From the NCBI GenBank assembly GCA_965112155.1, contig OZ218100.1: a DNA stretch of 63,830 bases. One strand, written 5' to 3'. The first letter of the stretch is position 1. Each line of letters begins with the position of its first letter. Shown in pieces: positions 11,974 through 24,304 of this stretch. The position numbers were made by a program, and so were the translations under genes. This DNA is from Podarcis liolepis. Its lineage: Eukaryota. The notes below the pieces were generated by a model. It did no database searches and was not told the origin of the DNA. It was given only the letters and a program-made list of their open reading frames with translations.

Positions 11974-12838
11974 GTCTTGCCTGATTCTGTGGCCCACTTT
12001 TCATAGTGTAGTCTTCACCCATTCCTCTGAAAATGCATTACAAAAAGACCACTCTGGAATGGCATCTAGAATGGAAAAGGAGAAATTGAGCATACATGAA
12101 TGTTGAAATGCTACCACTTCACAGTATCTCTAACATATTTGCTTTGGAACTTAGATCCTTCCATTTAACACTGTGATTTCTATTTTTCTGCCATTCTGTT
12201 GTACAACATTACTGCTCCACTTTTCCTAGGAGGAGTTACGATGCTGATGTTCTGTGCTCATACTTGAAACCTTCTTGCTATGGCATGGGTAAGGCTGCTC
12301 TCTGCTTGACAGAATTTCTTCCATAGTCTTCAGGCATTTTTCCTAGCACCACCCCTTTGCTGTGTATTAACCATTCATTTGGGGCACATGACTTGCACGA
12401 GCCAAGTGCTCTTAAAACTGTTGCTAAAAACAAGCCCTCTGCTCCATGACCACCGAACACTATGTTCTAATTTTGTCCATATATGAAGGTTGCTTAAATC
12501 CGGCGATAACATTAATAATCTTTCAGTAACAACAAGTGCTGGCTGTGGCTGAGTCCAGGAGCTTAGGATTCCTGTAATCAAAATGTTTTGCCGCTGGACA
12601 TGAGTAATACAGTATGTGTTCACTCCTAAACATTAATTCTAACCTGGATATGGTTCAGCTTTGCTATGTGATACAGTGTTACTTCATGCACACACCCACC
12701 CAACCCAAGGCACTTTCCTTCTTAAATATAGGCAAGAACAAATTAGCTGGCACTTGATATTAACTGGCTCAGGTCTGTATGATAGCAGCCAACTTGCCGA
12801 TGATGTGAGCGTTGTTACTATTTCTGTAGACATTAGGC

Positions 12839-12841
<3 letters not shown>

Positions 12842-12881
<40 letters not shown>
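12842..12881. repeat. (AC)n microsatellite
   Basis: Directly visible. Confidence 0.95.
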
Positions 12882-12884
<3 letters not shown>

Positions 12885-15800
12885 TATATATGACAGCATG
12901 GGCTTGGTGTTACAAAAATGCATTTTGTCCCTGCATTATAAACGGTGATGATATCTAGTTATAAACCAGACCTCACTGTATTCTTAGGTTCGATTAGCAT
13001 TTACAAATGCAGTGCCGTATTTTTTGCCTGGGAAAAAGATTAATGAAAGGACCATTTAAGTGTTAGAGGGTCACACTAATGATCTTGTAGGGCACCAGTT
13101 GAATATATTACATATGCCTATATCATGTATTTATTATACTCCGCCTCTCCAAAGCTGCAAGTGAAGTACATAAATAATTTAAAACCTGAAAATATGCAAC
13201 AAAACTAAAAATACAATAAACCACACAACAAACAAAACATATGGAACACACAACCCGAATTTACAGTTAAAATATATTGGATTCTCATAATGAAAAGAGA
13301 AAACAAAATTGGCCAGATTTGTTTGGAGAAGAAACGTATTTATTTTTTTATTAGAGGGAAAAATGTAACAGCTTAATTTAAGCTGTATGTTTGATATCTT
13401 TTTCTCCCTTCCTTAAAATAATAATAAAAAACCACCCTTCCACTGATGTGGGAAAGGGTTCCTGAGGGGTAAAAACAGTTTATCTTTAGCCTGGCATGTC
13501 TTTGGGGAACTATTTATTCTCATCTTGGAGGAAGAGGGGAGATTTTTAAGTTAATAATATTTTTGCCACCTTGATCTCCCCTCCTATCATGCTCACAGCC
13601 AAAGGTGAAAGCCTGCTTCACGTCCCCTGTGACTAGTATAGAATGTACATCAGAAGGAGGGAGAGGAGGGGACAGATGAGAAAGCGAAGGAGTGAGATCA
13701 GCTCTGTGGTTTGCGGCATCCTATAAAACCAGAAAAGCCTTTACAAAAACAGGAGCCAGACAGAACTCATAAAAGCTAGTAATCTGTTCCCAACATGGGC
13801 CAGTTGGCAACCCTGAGCGATGGTTGTTTGTCATTACAATAGGATGTCCTGCTGCAAAACCAACAAAAGATTCCCAGTACATTTTTATAGGTAATCAGTT
13901 GCAGCAAAATACTACTATTAATATTTATCATTCTTTTAGTGCTCTCTGTGCTTTGCCTGCTGCCCAGCCATTCTGCCCTCCTGATCTTGCAGCTTAAAAG
14001 GAGTTGAAGAAGATAACTGGACAATGTTGCTGCTGTTTTGTTTTTGTTTTTATAAAAGAAATTAAAACGTGTGTGCGCTTACTAGTTATGCTTAGTATTT
14101 ATAGGTCCAGAACTCTATTAACATTTACAGCAGTCATTTGTGTCCACCAGGTTTACTGGTAAGAGCACATTCCCAATGCAGACACTTAGCAAAAAGTAAT
14201 TATTAACATGAAAGAATGGGCAGGCTAATCCTCAAAGGGAATTGCTCCCCCACCCCCCCAGCCAAAGACCTCATTGTTACATGAATGGCATGTGGCTGTG
14301 GTGGAGCTCTTTATTTCTGTTAGGGACTAGGCACTAGGCAGGGACTAAGATGGTAAGGGTAGCGTTGTTTCCTCACTATGTCTGTGCTGCAAATATCAAG
14401 CCAAGGTATATCGGTTGACGTAAGCTTTGGGATATGTTATCTTAGCAAAAAGGGTGTAACTGTATAGCAGAATATAGCTATAGCCACCAGCAAGTGGCGA
14501 TGCCTCTGAAGCGCTCCTGACATAACCGGCCCCGTGACCCCAGGCTTGCAATACTCTTGTAAGGGTGAAATGCCTTTTTGCTGCCTACATAAACTGTATA
14601 CATGACCCCTTGTGACATGCCAGACAGCTGCAGAGACCCTGCCTTTATTAGGCAAGGTTAGAAGAGTATGGGGTGGCTCCTAGGCTGAGCTTTCCATTTT
14701 TATAAATGAACAACAATAAGGTGTTGACAGGCCTTAAAGCCTAGAGAGACTGTAAGGTGCATCATGATAAGCATAGGGTAGCATATGTAATTTGCTAAAT
14801 ATTGGGCACTTCCTTAGCTGATTCTTTCCTTCTCCTTACACTGTGTTCTCTCTCTGGAAATGGCCCAAAATGAAAAAGTGCCCTTTTGTCAACACATTTA
14901 ATTCTGCAATTGGAGTTGTGGATAAATGTTTCAAAAAGAGAGCAGGGGGGTGGCAGCATATCACAATAGCATGAATGGAAATGCCCAGTAACAATGAAAA
15001 TAGAAACAGAAAACATTTTCCAGAGCAGTCCCTGTTTTGTTATAAATCTAAAACATCTTAACTGTGTATTTATTTTTGAAGTGTCTTCATAATAAATTAT
15101 CCGCCACCCCTCCCCCAAAGATTTACACTTGAGAAATTTTATATGCTGCTTTATTTGCACAGAATAAAGATGTTTCCATTTTAATACCCTAGAGGGTATA
15201 GCTGTCCAACCTAAGATCAATGGTCACTGGAAAGTCTAAAGAGCTTTCTGGATGAGATCTTTGACTGCTTTGAGGTAGATACCTTAAAAGGTTAAGAGAA
15301 TGCTATAAATTCTTGGAGGGCTTAAGGGAAAGGTTGTTAACCTTGGTGATCCTGTAGTTAGATATGTTCTGATATCTACTAATATTACATTGTTTTCTCA
15401 TTGCAAGTATTACACATTTGACAGAAGCAGTAATCACATATGTACTAGAATATATGGAACTCTGGCAAATATTCATTTGTTGTTGTTCTTGTTGCTCTTG
15501 CCAGATTCAGAGTTTATATCTGCAGGTTCTTAGACTAGCACTATCACTATTTATAGTACTTTACAGAAATTTTTGATTAGAACCCATGTGTTTCTTTTCT
15601 CCTTTGTGCTGTCCTTTTGTGAGTGTGAGCATGTCTTTGAACTAATACATTGCAGTCCCTTTATGGTTCACGCATGGTATGCTAGTAAGCTCACCCATTA
15701 AACCGAAAATAAAAGAGAGCCACATTAAGTAGGGTTTGCGAGGCATTTAAGCATGCCATGAAGACATTTTAATTGACTCGGTCAATTTTTAGAACCAACT

Positions 15801-16234
15801 CTTTCAAAGCACTTTTGCTCAATGCAGGAATGCTTTCCAGCACAGTTGTAACTGAAAGGACTATGCATTACATTATTTTGATACTGTCATTTAAGCAATA
15901 AAAATAAATCCATTTGATGCAACTAGTTTTGCTTTAAGTGTTCAAGCTGTCAAACTGTAAAACTTTGTGGATGGGGGTGGAATTAGAATTCATTGTTAAT
16001 ACTATTGCTCTTAACATGTAGGGTCGTGGAAGTGCTAACCAGATATATATTCAGTTACCATGTTGGAGCCAATGGACTGTATTCCTTTAGATGGAATTGA
16101 CTATATCCACTTAAATGGACTTGACTCTAGCACAATCACTGTATTCAAATGTCAGGGTAAAAAAAGAGAAGGAGGATGTCACATAGGGTCACAAATTATG
16201 TTGGATTTTGACAGATTGTAGCCTTGCTTTACAA

Positions 16235-16520
16235 GAGCAGTAACATCTCATTTGTCACCGTTTGATCTGAAAGTGCGGGAATGAGAGCGGAAGGCCCTCC
16301 ATCTCCACCGCAATTTAATCGCTCTGAGGCCGACAGTGGCGGCTAAAGCCACCTGCCCATGCACTGTACTGCTGATCTGTTTTAATTTAATCGTCCGTCA
16401 GCTGGGATGAAAGCATAAATCGTCTTCCTTTGATCTGCAAGCGGTGTGTTTTTTTGTAAAGCAGGGTGCAGAATCAGGGAGACGGTTTTCGCATTTAGTG
16501 CAACATAGACAACATGAGCT
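16235..16520. promoter_or_regulatory. Candidate conserved intronic enhancer (CpG-retaining, not TE-like)
   Basis: About 13 CpGs in roughly 240 bp in an otherwise CpG-depleted intron; TTTGATC twice (TCF/LEF-like) and TTTAATC twice (K50 homeodomain-like). Conservation not tested. Confidence 0.45.
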
Positions 16521-16967
16521 GAAAAGGGCTTGTAAGTGATATTTTAGTGTAGTAGTTAAACAGGAAGTTGCTCTTTGTGTAAACTGATATCGTGATGTAG
16601 GTTAGTTGGGGAGGGGGGAAGCAGGCCATAAGTAAAGGAACATATTGATTAATAACTTATCAATTATTCAAGTTTAAAGGGGGGAAAACAGAATATCTGA
16701 AACCTCTTAGCACTTTGTAAAACTTTTAACTGCTTTGCTTCCAGATAGAAATTTAAAAGAAATGGTTAGAAAGGTAGCATTAATCCAAGGTGTGTGGTAT
16801 AAAATGGATCACATATGCAGCGGGAAGGTTCCATGGAAGTATTTCTGTAATAAAAAGCAAAAGAATTTTTATTGCAGAGGCTGAAGAATGAATGCTCAGC
16901 ACCAGATTGTGGAAAGTATTATTGAAACTTAAGGTAGCAAATGCTGTGTTATGCTCTGAACCAAACT

Positions 16968-17021
16968 GAATCATAGAATTGTAGAGTTGGAAGGGACCCT
17001 GAGGGTCATCTAGTCCAACCT
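16968..17021 (-). mobile_element. CR1 / CR1-SINE 3' tip
   Basis: gaatcatagaattgtagagttggaagggaccctgagggtcatctagtccaacc. Confidence 0.8.
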
Positions 17022-20000
17022 CCATAGGCACAACCACTGAAAACTATATCCCTATATTTTATATATTTAGATTATGTATTTAGTTATTACTCTTAGAATG
17101 TGAGTCTTTACATATGCAATTTGGGTATGGTTGTTAGAAATTTAATATCCAGTTGAGTACATCTCTAATAAGAATTGCATTCTACACTTATAATACTGTT
17201 GTTCAAAGCATTTCGCATTCATTATCCCGGCAGCTCTGAAATAAGCGTATGGAGTCCAGTGCATTTTGGAAATATTTGTGGGTATTCTTATGCACAACCA
17301 ATTTTTATTTTTGATCTCGAGTTCTCCTTTTTAAGAAAATGCAATGGCGTTGAAACTAAAGACACCATTAATTGCACCTCAGTTTTTCTTTTGTAATAAC
17401 AGCTGAAGGCTAATGCCACAAGGTAGTTGTGTGTCGAAAAGCAATGATTTCATTGTGCTCTCCATAAACCTATAGCAGTGCACCTGAATGCTTCTTTTCC
17501 TGCAGCCAGTTAAAATAAACCAGAGGTTGCCAATGTTATGCACTCCAGATGTTTCAGGCTACAACTCCCATCATCCTCACATTGGCTGGGGCTCATGGGA
17601 AATGTATTAATAGCACTTCTTTAGATAGACCAGCTCTCTGGCTCAAAAAAAAGGCTGCCCTTTTATTCTTCTACATTTCAGTGTTGTTGGTTCTAGCCTT
17701 AGCATATGAATTTTTAAAAAATATTTGGTAACTCCACCTCAGTAGCCTCCTGCTGGTGCTGGTATCTAAACACACCCACCCACCCCAGAAATGTGAAATA
17801 CAGTCATGCATTTCACATATCATTTGGTTTGGCCCTTAAAGCACATTCTTATCTCTGCTACTGGATCATATTTGGTACAGCATTTCATTTAATAATAAGA
17901 GAAAATCTTCTACTTAAGAATGAAGAATGAACTACTTATTCATTTTTCTTCATGAAGAATCAGGACTGCTTCAAACATGATGAAAACCCTACAAAGGAAA
18001 CACTTCTGTGTAAGAATTAGTATGCAGCAACCTGGATGTAATCATGTTTGACAGTCATACACATGTATATGCATTCTAGGAAACCGCAATCAGTTCCCAG
18101 AACACGGAATGTACACAGAGTGAAATTTTGTCGTGTTTGAAGCAGCCCTTAGTGTAACTTGAAAGGTTAAAAATTATCCAATAAAAGATATCACATTACC
18201 TATTTTGTATTGCTTAGAATTCCTTAATTAATCTTCTGAATTTGCTTTTCATTAGCCCAAGGATTTACTGAGGGAAAGACTCAAGGAATATATTTTTTCA
18301 AAGGCAAAAATGACACTTAGAATGACAATGGAAGCCGATATGCCCTTCACAGTTGGTAACAACTTCTACAGGTCAGGAGGTGTAGAGACAATTTGGGGCA
18401 GGATATAAGCTAATGAATTTATCATGTAATACCTCCTGTATAGACACATGCCTAGATGTATTATACATGGCATAAGTGATAGCTTTGGCCTTCTGTGACA
18501 GGTGACTTCACTTGTGTGGAGGATGACAACACACGGATGGTGATTAAACATCAGCGTAACCAGCCTTAGCTTGAACCATCCTGTAATAAATCATTATACA
18601 TTGGAAATTTGGTAAAGTAGTAATACAAATCACCAAAAATGCATAATCTGTCTGACTACCTATCCATGTATCGTCTCCAGATATAAAGATTTGTAGTTAA
18701 CTTATGATCTGTTATCCTGTTGAATTCCTCTTAGCAGGTATAGGTGCCGAGTTGAACACCTTTCCTTTTGTTTATAGAATAGTTGAAATAAGGGAATTAA
18801 TATAATGCAATGCCTTTTTCTGGGTAAGCCACAGGGAAAATGTGCATTTTATTGATATAAAATGAAGCAGTTGTATTTCTCCATAGTGGTACTACAACTA
18901 TATCAGTTCAAAGTCAATATTATAATAGACGGGTGAAGGGGGAGTGATGGAAGAATATATACAACAATGTCATATTCTCTTCAGACTATGGGCAGAGCTG
19001 AATGTAACCCAAAACACAGGGCTGCCACTGAAAATGGTACATCTCTCCTCCATAAAAAACAGAGATAAGAACAAGTGACATTGCCACATAATGAGTTTCC
19101 CTACCCCTACTCCATATCATTGACTGTCCCTGGGGTGAGGGTGGAAGAAGCAGAAATTAACTAGGGTAGGTACAGCCTCTGTGCTGCTGTCTAGTATTAG
19201 GACTACAACAATGACAATATGGAGAGCATTATCTTGGTCAACCCTGGGCTAGGAGAAGTCTTTGCCAGTCAAGATCCAAGGTTTTGCCCTGGCAATCTGC
19301 CACAGGCTGAAGTATGGAGGGTGAGTTCAGGAGGCATGGCTTTTTCAAGTATGGCTCAGTTACAGATACTGACTAAGGAAGCCCACCTAACATCATATTT
19401 ATAATCTTGGCATCTTAAGGGTGTGGGTTTTTTTTAGAGAATCTGTTGGTGTTGACATTATTTTTATGTGACCTGAGTGGCGCGAAGTCCTCTTTTTACC
19501 ACAGATTGTTTTACTATTGTTGTCTTATGTGTTTAAATCAGACTGCTGCTTGCTGGATGATGCTGTTTTTAGCATCATGTTACTGTTGCCTTTTTATTAT
19601 TTCATTGTAAGTGACTTTGAGTTTACATAAAGAAAGCGGGGTAATTAAAAGGATAGAATAAAGTCACTTTTGCAGTTATTACAAAACAGGAGAGAGCAAA
19701 TTAGGTAACAAGAGAGAGCAGAGTCTTAATATGGAAAAGAAATAAAGTTATTTTTCTGAGTGATCTCAGATGTTTACAACTGTTACATGCTATTATTACA
19801 AACCAGCTGCTGCAGCAGAGTGCACATGAAATAGGTTTTGTATATACTTGCCCACCAACTTAATATTATTAAACCTAGCTAATATACATCAGTAAGGGTG
19901 CAATGACCATTAATTTGGACTGCTTGGTTTTCTTGCAGTACTTTACATGGATTCCTCCAATTCAGAAACAATGCAAGATCTTGTGCTAATAAGTATTGTA

Positions 20001-20091
20001 TGCAGACAACAGCCATGGTTGTTTCAGCAAACCTATGAATACTGTATATACATTTCTCTTTATGAAATGGATTGGAATATGTATATCGGTA

Positions 20092-20457
20092 CAGTGGTAC
20101 CCCGCAAGACGAACGCCTCGGAAGACAAAAAACTCGCTAGACGAAGGAGTTTTTTGTTTTCTTAGCCGCTTCGCAAGACGCATTTCCCTATGGGCTTGCT
20201 TCGCAAAACGAAGCTTGCCCCACAAGCTCCGGGGATAGCGGGGAAGCGCAGCGCGTCTTCCTCTCTGTCCCTGGAGATTGCGGGGCAGGCAACGGGGAGA
20301 AGCAATCTTCTCCCCGCCGCCCCTTGCTTTAAACAGGTCCGGGGACAGAGGGGATTTTCAATGCATTCCTATGGGAAACCGTGCTTCGCAAGACGAAAAA
20401 CTCGCAAGAAGAAAAAACTTGCGGAACGAATTAATTTCATCTTGCGAGGCACCACTG
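20092..20457. mobile_element. pogo/Tigger-like MITE, family A, GC-rich hairpin cargo
   Basis: TA|CAGTGGTACCCCGCAAGACG ... CTTGCGAGGCACCACTG|TA. Confidence 0.92.
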
Positions 20458-20563
20458 TATAATCATTTGCAAGACACTAAGGATTGTATTGTACAGATCA
20501 CACATGAGGCTCAACTTCTCTTCACATGCTGTGGACAGAACACCCAAATGTACATTGCACAGA

Positions 20564-21780
20564 GAACTGTGACTAATTGGAATTCCTTGCTGGGTAGATC
20601 CATGCCAAAGACATGTTGGTAGTAGACAACACAGTGTACAAAATAGCTATGGCTTGGGCTTGTGTTAGGTTTTGACATAGTGAGTTGGGTGATGCCTACT
20701 CACATCTGCAACCATGTAGGCCCCAGTAGATATCCATCAACCAGGCCTTGTTGCCCATAGGAGACAAGTGCATACCATCTGGTTTATACAAGTCCATTCT
20801 GTGGAAAGTAATGCCTGGGTGCCATATAACCTGGCTATCCAACCATGGCAGCTCTTGGAGCCTTGTTCATCTTCCACTGGGCATGGTTAATATGTGCAAG
20901 CTCCATTGCACCTCTCCAGTGCTACCACTCCAGGTGTTCAGACCAAAATATGGTTAAGCTCGGATCTCTCAAGGCCCCAAGATCAGTGGCTGCTGCCAAA
21001 ATGAGATCAATGCCCTTCATGTCCACCAGATTGTTTTCCTTGAGTTGTATCACTAAGGCATCCAGCAGACCATGTGTAGCAAACCCTGCTGTAATACATG
21101 GTATCAGTCCATCCCAGCACGTGCCCTGCTAGCCTATCTAAGTGATATGTGCTCAGTCTCTCAGAATGAGTTTGGCATAGCATGTGCCCGGCCCCAATAC
21201 ACTATCCACACTTGTCTTCTGCTGGAACCTGGAAAAAAAATCCTTTCAGGAACTGTGACTAGTTGAGATTCCTTACTAGATAGATCCATGTCAAAGACAT
21301 GTTGGTAGTAGACAACATAGTATACAAAATAGCCATGACTTTGGTCTGTATTAGCTTTTGAAATGGTGAGTTGAGTGGCTCCATGCAGATTTAGTTTGTA
21401 TATCCAGCTCTGGACGAAAGTGGGAAGATCAGCCATACCACCTTAGGAAGCCTCCTTGTATCTATTGAAGCAGATGATATTGCCTGACCTTAGTGGAGCA
21501 AGCACTTGTGTCAATCAGCTACCCTGTGCTGAGCAATATCCCATATAGAATGTGAATCTTTAGATCTTCCATACAAAGTAGAATCCATATATACGAAGCC
21601 CCCTTTTTGACATGCAAGCATATTGCTATATCAGAGCAATGGTATGCTGCACATTACTTCCAGAGAAAGATTTTTGCGACCTGCAAATTAGTCTCAAATA
21701 TGTACTTTATACTTGCACATATATCCCATAGCAACTATGAATTCATTAAGGATGTCCAAAAAGTGTGAATATTCTTCATA
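20564..21780 (-). mobile_element. Highly decayed retroelement, possibly DIRS-like, with a ~130-bp internal direct repeat
   Basis: Weak minus-strand similarity to DIRS RT motifs (RFTFYMGY...LTQVLAPLRSG; LVIQLKENNLVDMKGIDLILAAATD); direct repeat 20564-20691 / 21250-21377. Confidence 0.3.
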
Positions 21781-22520
21781 GGAAAATGTTTCAGAATGTC
21801 TGCAGTTAAGACAAAAGCAATAAAGCAGGATATTATTTAAGTTGATGGAAGATGCAAACACAGCTTCATTGGGTTTCCAGATTCAAATTAAAAGAATAAA
21901 TATTTCATCAGTGATACTAATTAAAGATTGGTCAAAGATTTGCCTGTGTCTCATACTGCAAATACCAATCAGACCTGATTAGGAGAAGTAACATTTATAG
22001 CACTGTCCACTGGTTGAAAAGAATTATTAATATGAAACATATCTTGTTAAGAAATGACTATATTATTATGGTCCAGCTTTATTATAATTCTGTCTCAGAA
22101 ATCTACCTACTGATTTCCATTGGGGAAATTAACGGAATTGCAGTTAAGTAGGCTTTTTTTTAAAGAAAAATCCTAAACATTTTATTTTTTTTATTAGTGA
22201 TTTTCTAATGGTGCTATTGATTTTAAATTACTCTCCATCTGAAAATAAGGCATATGCTAAAGGCATATCCTTTTGAGTGCTAGCATGATATCAGATGTAT
22301 TCCTTAGAATCAAAGAATTGCAGAGTTGGAAGGTGAGGTTAACGGTCATCTAGTCAAAATGCGGAAATCACACCTAAAGAATCTCTGACAAATTGCCATC
22401 CCATCTCTGTGTAAAAACAACCAATGAAGGAGAGTCCACCGCCATCTGAGGGAGGCCGCTGCATTGTCAAACAGTTCTTACTGACAAAGTTCTTCCTAAT
22501 GTTTAGTCAGAATCTCGTTC

Positions 22521-22711
22521 CTTGGGTTAAGAACTTAATTCGTTCTGGAGGTCTGTTCTTAACCTGAAACTGTTCTTAACCTGAGGTACCACTTTGCCTA
22601 ATGGGGCCTCCTGCTGCCGCCGCACAATTTCTGTTCTCATCCTGAAGCAAAGTTCTTAACCCGAGGTACTATTTCTGGGTTAGCGGAGTCTGTAACCTGA
22701 AGGTACCACTG
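22521..22711. mobile_element. Family B MITE nested in CR1, one TIR tip lost
   Basis: Matches 52515-52747 internally; right end GGTACCACTG|TA; left CAGTGGTAC missing. Confidence 0.85.
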
Positions 22712-22799
22712 TAATTTGAATCCATTGGTTCGGGTCTTAGCCCCCAGGCCAGCAGAAAACAAGCTTGCTCCATCTTCCATGTGATAGCCTCCTGAAGAC

Positions 22800-23112
22800 G
22801 CTTTGGCACAACCCTTTTACAGTCACCAAAGGGCCTTCCAGGAAGGTGCCTTCCGACCGTAAAAAGGTTGCGTCAGAACCGAGGTGCTCTGGCGCAACCC
22901 TTTTACAATTGCTAGAGTGCCTCTGGGAGGCTGTGCCTGCAGCTGTGGGAAGCAGCGGGGGTGGCAGGCAAAGGTGCAAGGGGGTGAGCAAGTGGGTGGG
23001 TGGGCAAACGGCATTAGCAGCAGGATGGTGACGGGGGTGCAAGCAGGCAAACGGCAATGGAATGGGGTGCACTGTGCGTACCAGCACCTTTTTTCATAGA
23101 AATAAAGCACTG
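22800..23112. mobile_element. hAT-like non-autonomous element fragment
   Basis: Ends ...cagcaccttttttcatagaaataaagcaCTG; the reverse complement CAGTGCTTTATTTCTA resembles the terminus CAGTGCTTTTTTCCTA at 46561. Confidence 0.45.
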
Positions 23113-23586
23113 TATATGCTCCCTTTAAATCTCACTTCATCTGTAAGCACCTTATGCACCACACTGCTTCCTTTAGATGCCTCCCATTTCTTTCTTGTTG
23201 GAATTGTTTGTGTGTCTAGTCTAGAGTGTGTCTCTGACTGGACTGAGCTTTTCCTGAGGACAGGGAGGAAATAGTCCAAAACCTAATGGCAGAACAAGGT
23301 CTGCAAATAGCGACAGAATGTCATCATGTAGGAGACTAAGTAGATTTCCCGGAATCACAGTTCACATAGCTTAGGTAATAGTGAAGGCCTTTCATGTTTT
23401 CCTGACTGCACCATTTTCATCAGTAAGGGGAGGCTGATTTATAGGGAACGTTTTCCGATGCATGTGAACAGAGATCAGATTCTTAAACCCTAGAAATCTT
23501 AATAGCCTACCCTGTATATTGGAGATCCTTTTCCTTCAGATATAGTTTATCAGCATCATTAAGGAGGGTGGGTAAATACAAATGTT

Positions 23587-24019
23587 TAGAATCATAGAAT
23601 CGTAGAGTTGGACGGACTCTGAGGGTCATCTAGTCCAACCCCCTGCAATGGAGGAATCTCAACTAGATCATACATGACAGGTGGCCATCCAATTTCTGCT
23701 TAAAAACCTCCAAGGAAGGAGAGTCCACAACTTCCTGAGGGAGACTGTTCCGCTGTCAAACAGCTCTTAGTGTCAGAAAGTTTTTCCATATGTTTAGTCA
23801 GAATCTCCTTTCTTCTAACTTGAAGCCATTGGTTTGAATCCTACCCTCCAGAGCAGAAGAAAGCAAGCCTGCTCTCTCTTCCATGTGACAGCCCTTAAGA
23901 TAGTTGAAGGTGGCTATCATATCTCCCCTCGGTCTCCTCTTTTCCAGGCTAAACATACCCAGCTCCTTCAAACACTCCTTGTAAGACTTGGTTTCCAGAC
24001 CCTTGATCATCTTGGTTGC
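23587..24019 (-). mobile_element. CR1 LINE 3' fragment
   Basis: Tail tagaatcatagaatc; ORF 23798..24031 [45 protein letters not shown]. Confidence 0.93.
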
Positions 24020-24304
24020 AGAACTTGACATGTGTTTTAATTTATTCCTTGTTTTATTTTCCTCAATTCTGTATGCTTTTTATACTTAAAAAAAGCCAAT
24101 TAAAAAGACTATTTACTTCTCTCCCAGGTGACATGGATAAAAAAAAAAATTATACTTGCAGTTATACTTCAACCTCAATGCATATTAGTAACAAGGCAAG
24201 CACTTCATATTTCTTGAGGACATTAAACACATTACCACTCCATTGTTATTATTATATTACTTTCAGTTTGAAAAACATCCTGACAACAGACCCCAATAGA
24301 TCTA

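Larger units (their letters stand above)
22305..23215 (-). mobile_element. Degenerate CR1 LINE interrupted by a family B MITE and an hAT-like segment
   Basis: CR1 3' end at 22305 (tagaatcaaagaattgcagagttggaagg), resumes after 22711 (taatttgaatccattggttcgggtc); pre-RT QTIPTRKKW at about 23170-23210. Confidence 0.8.
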
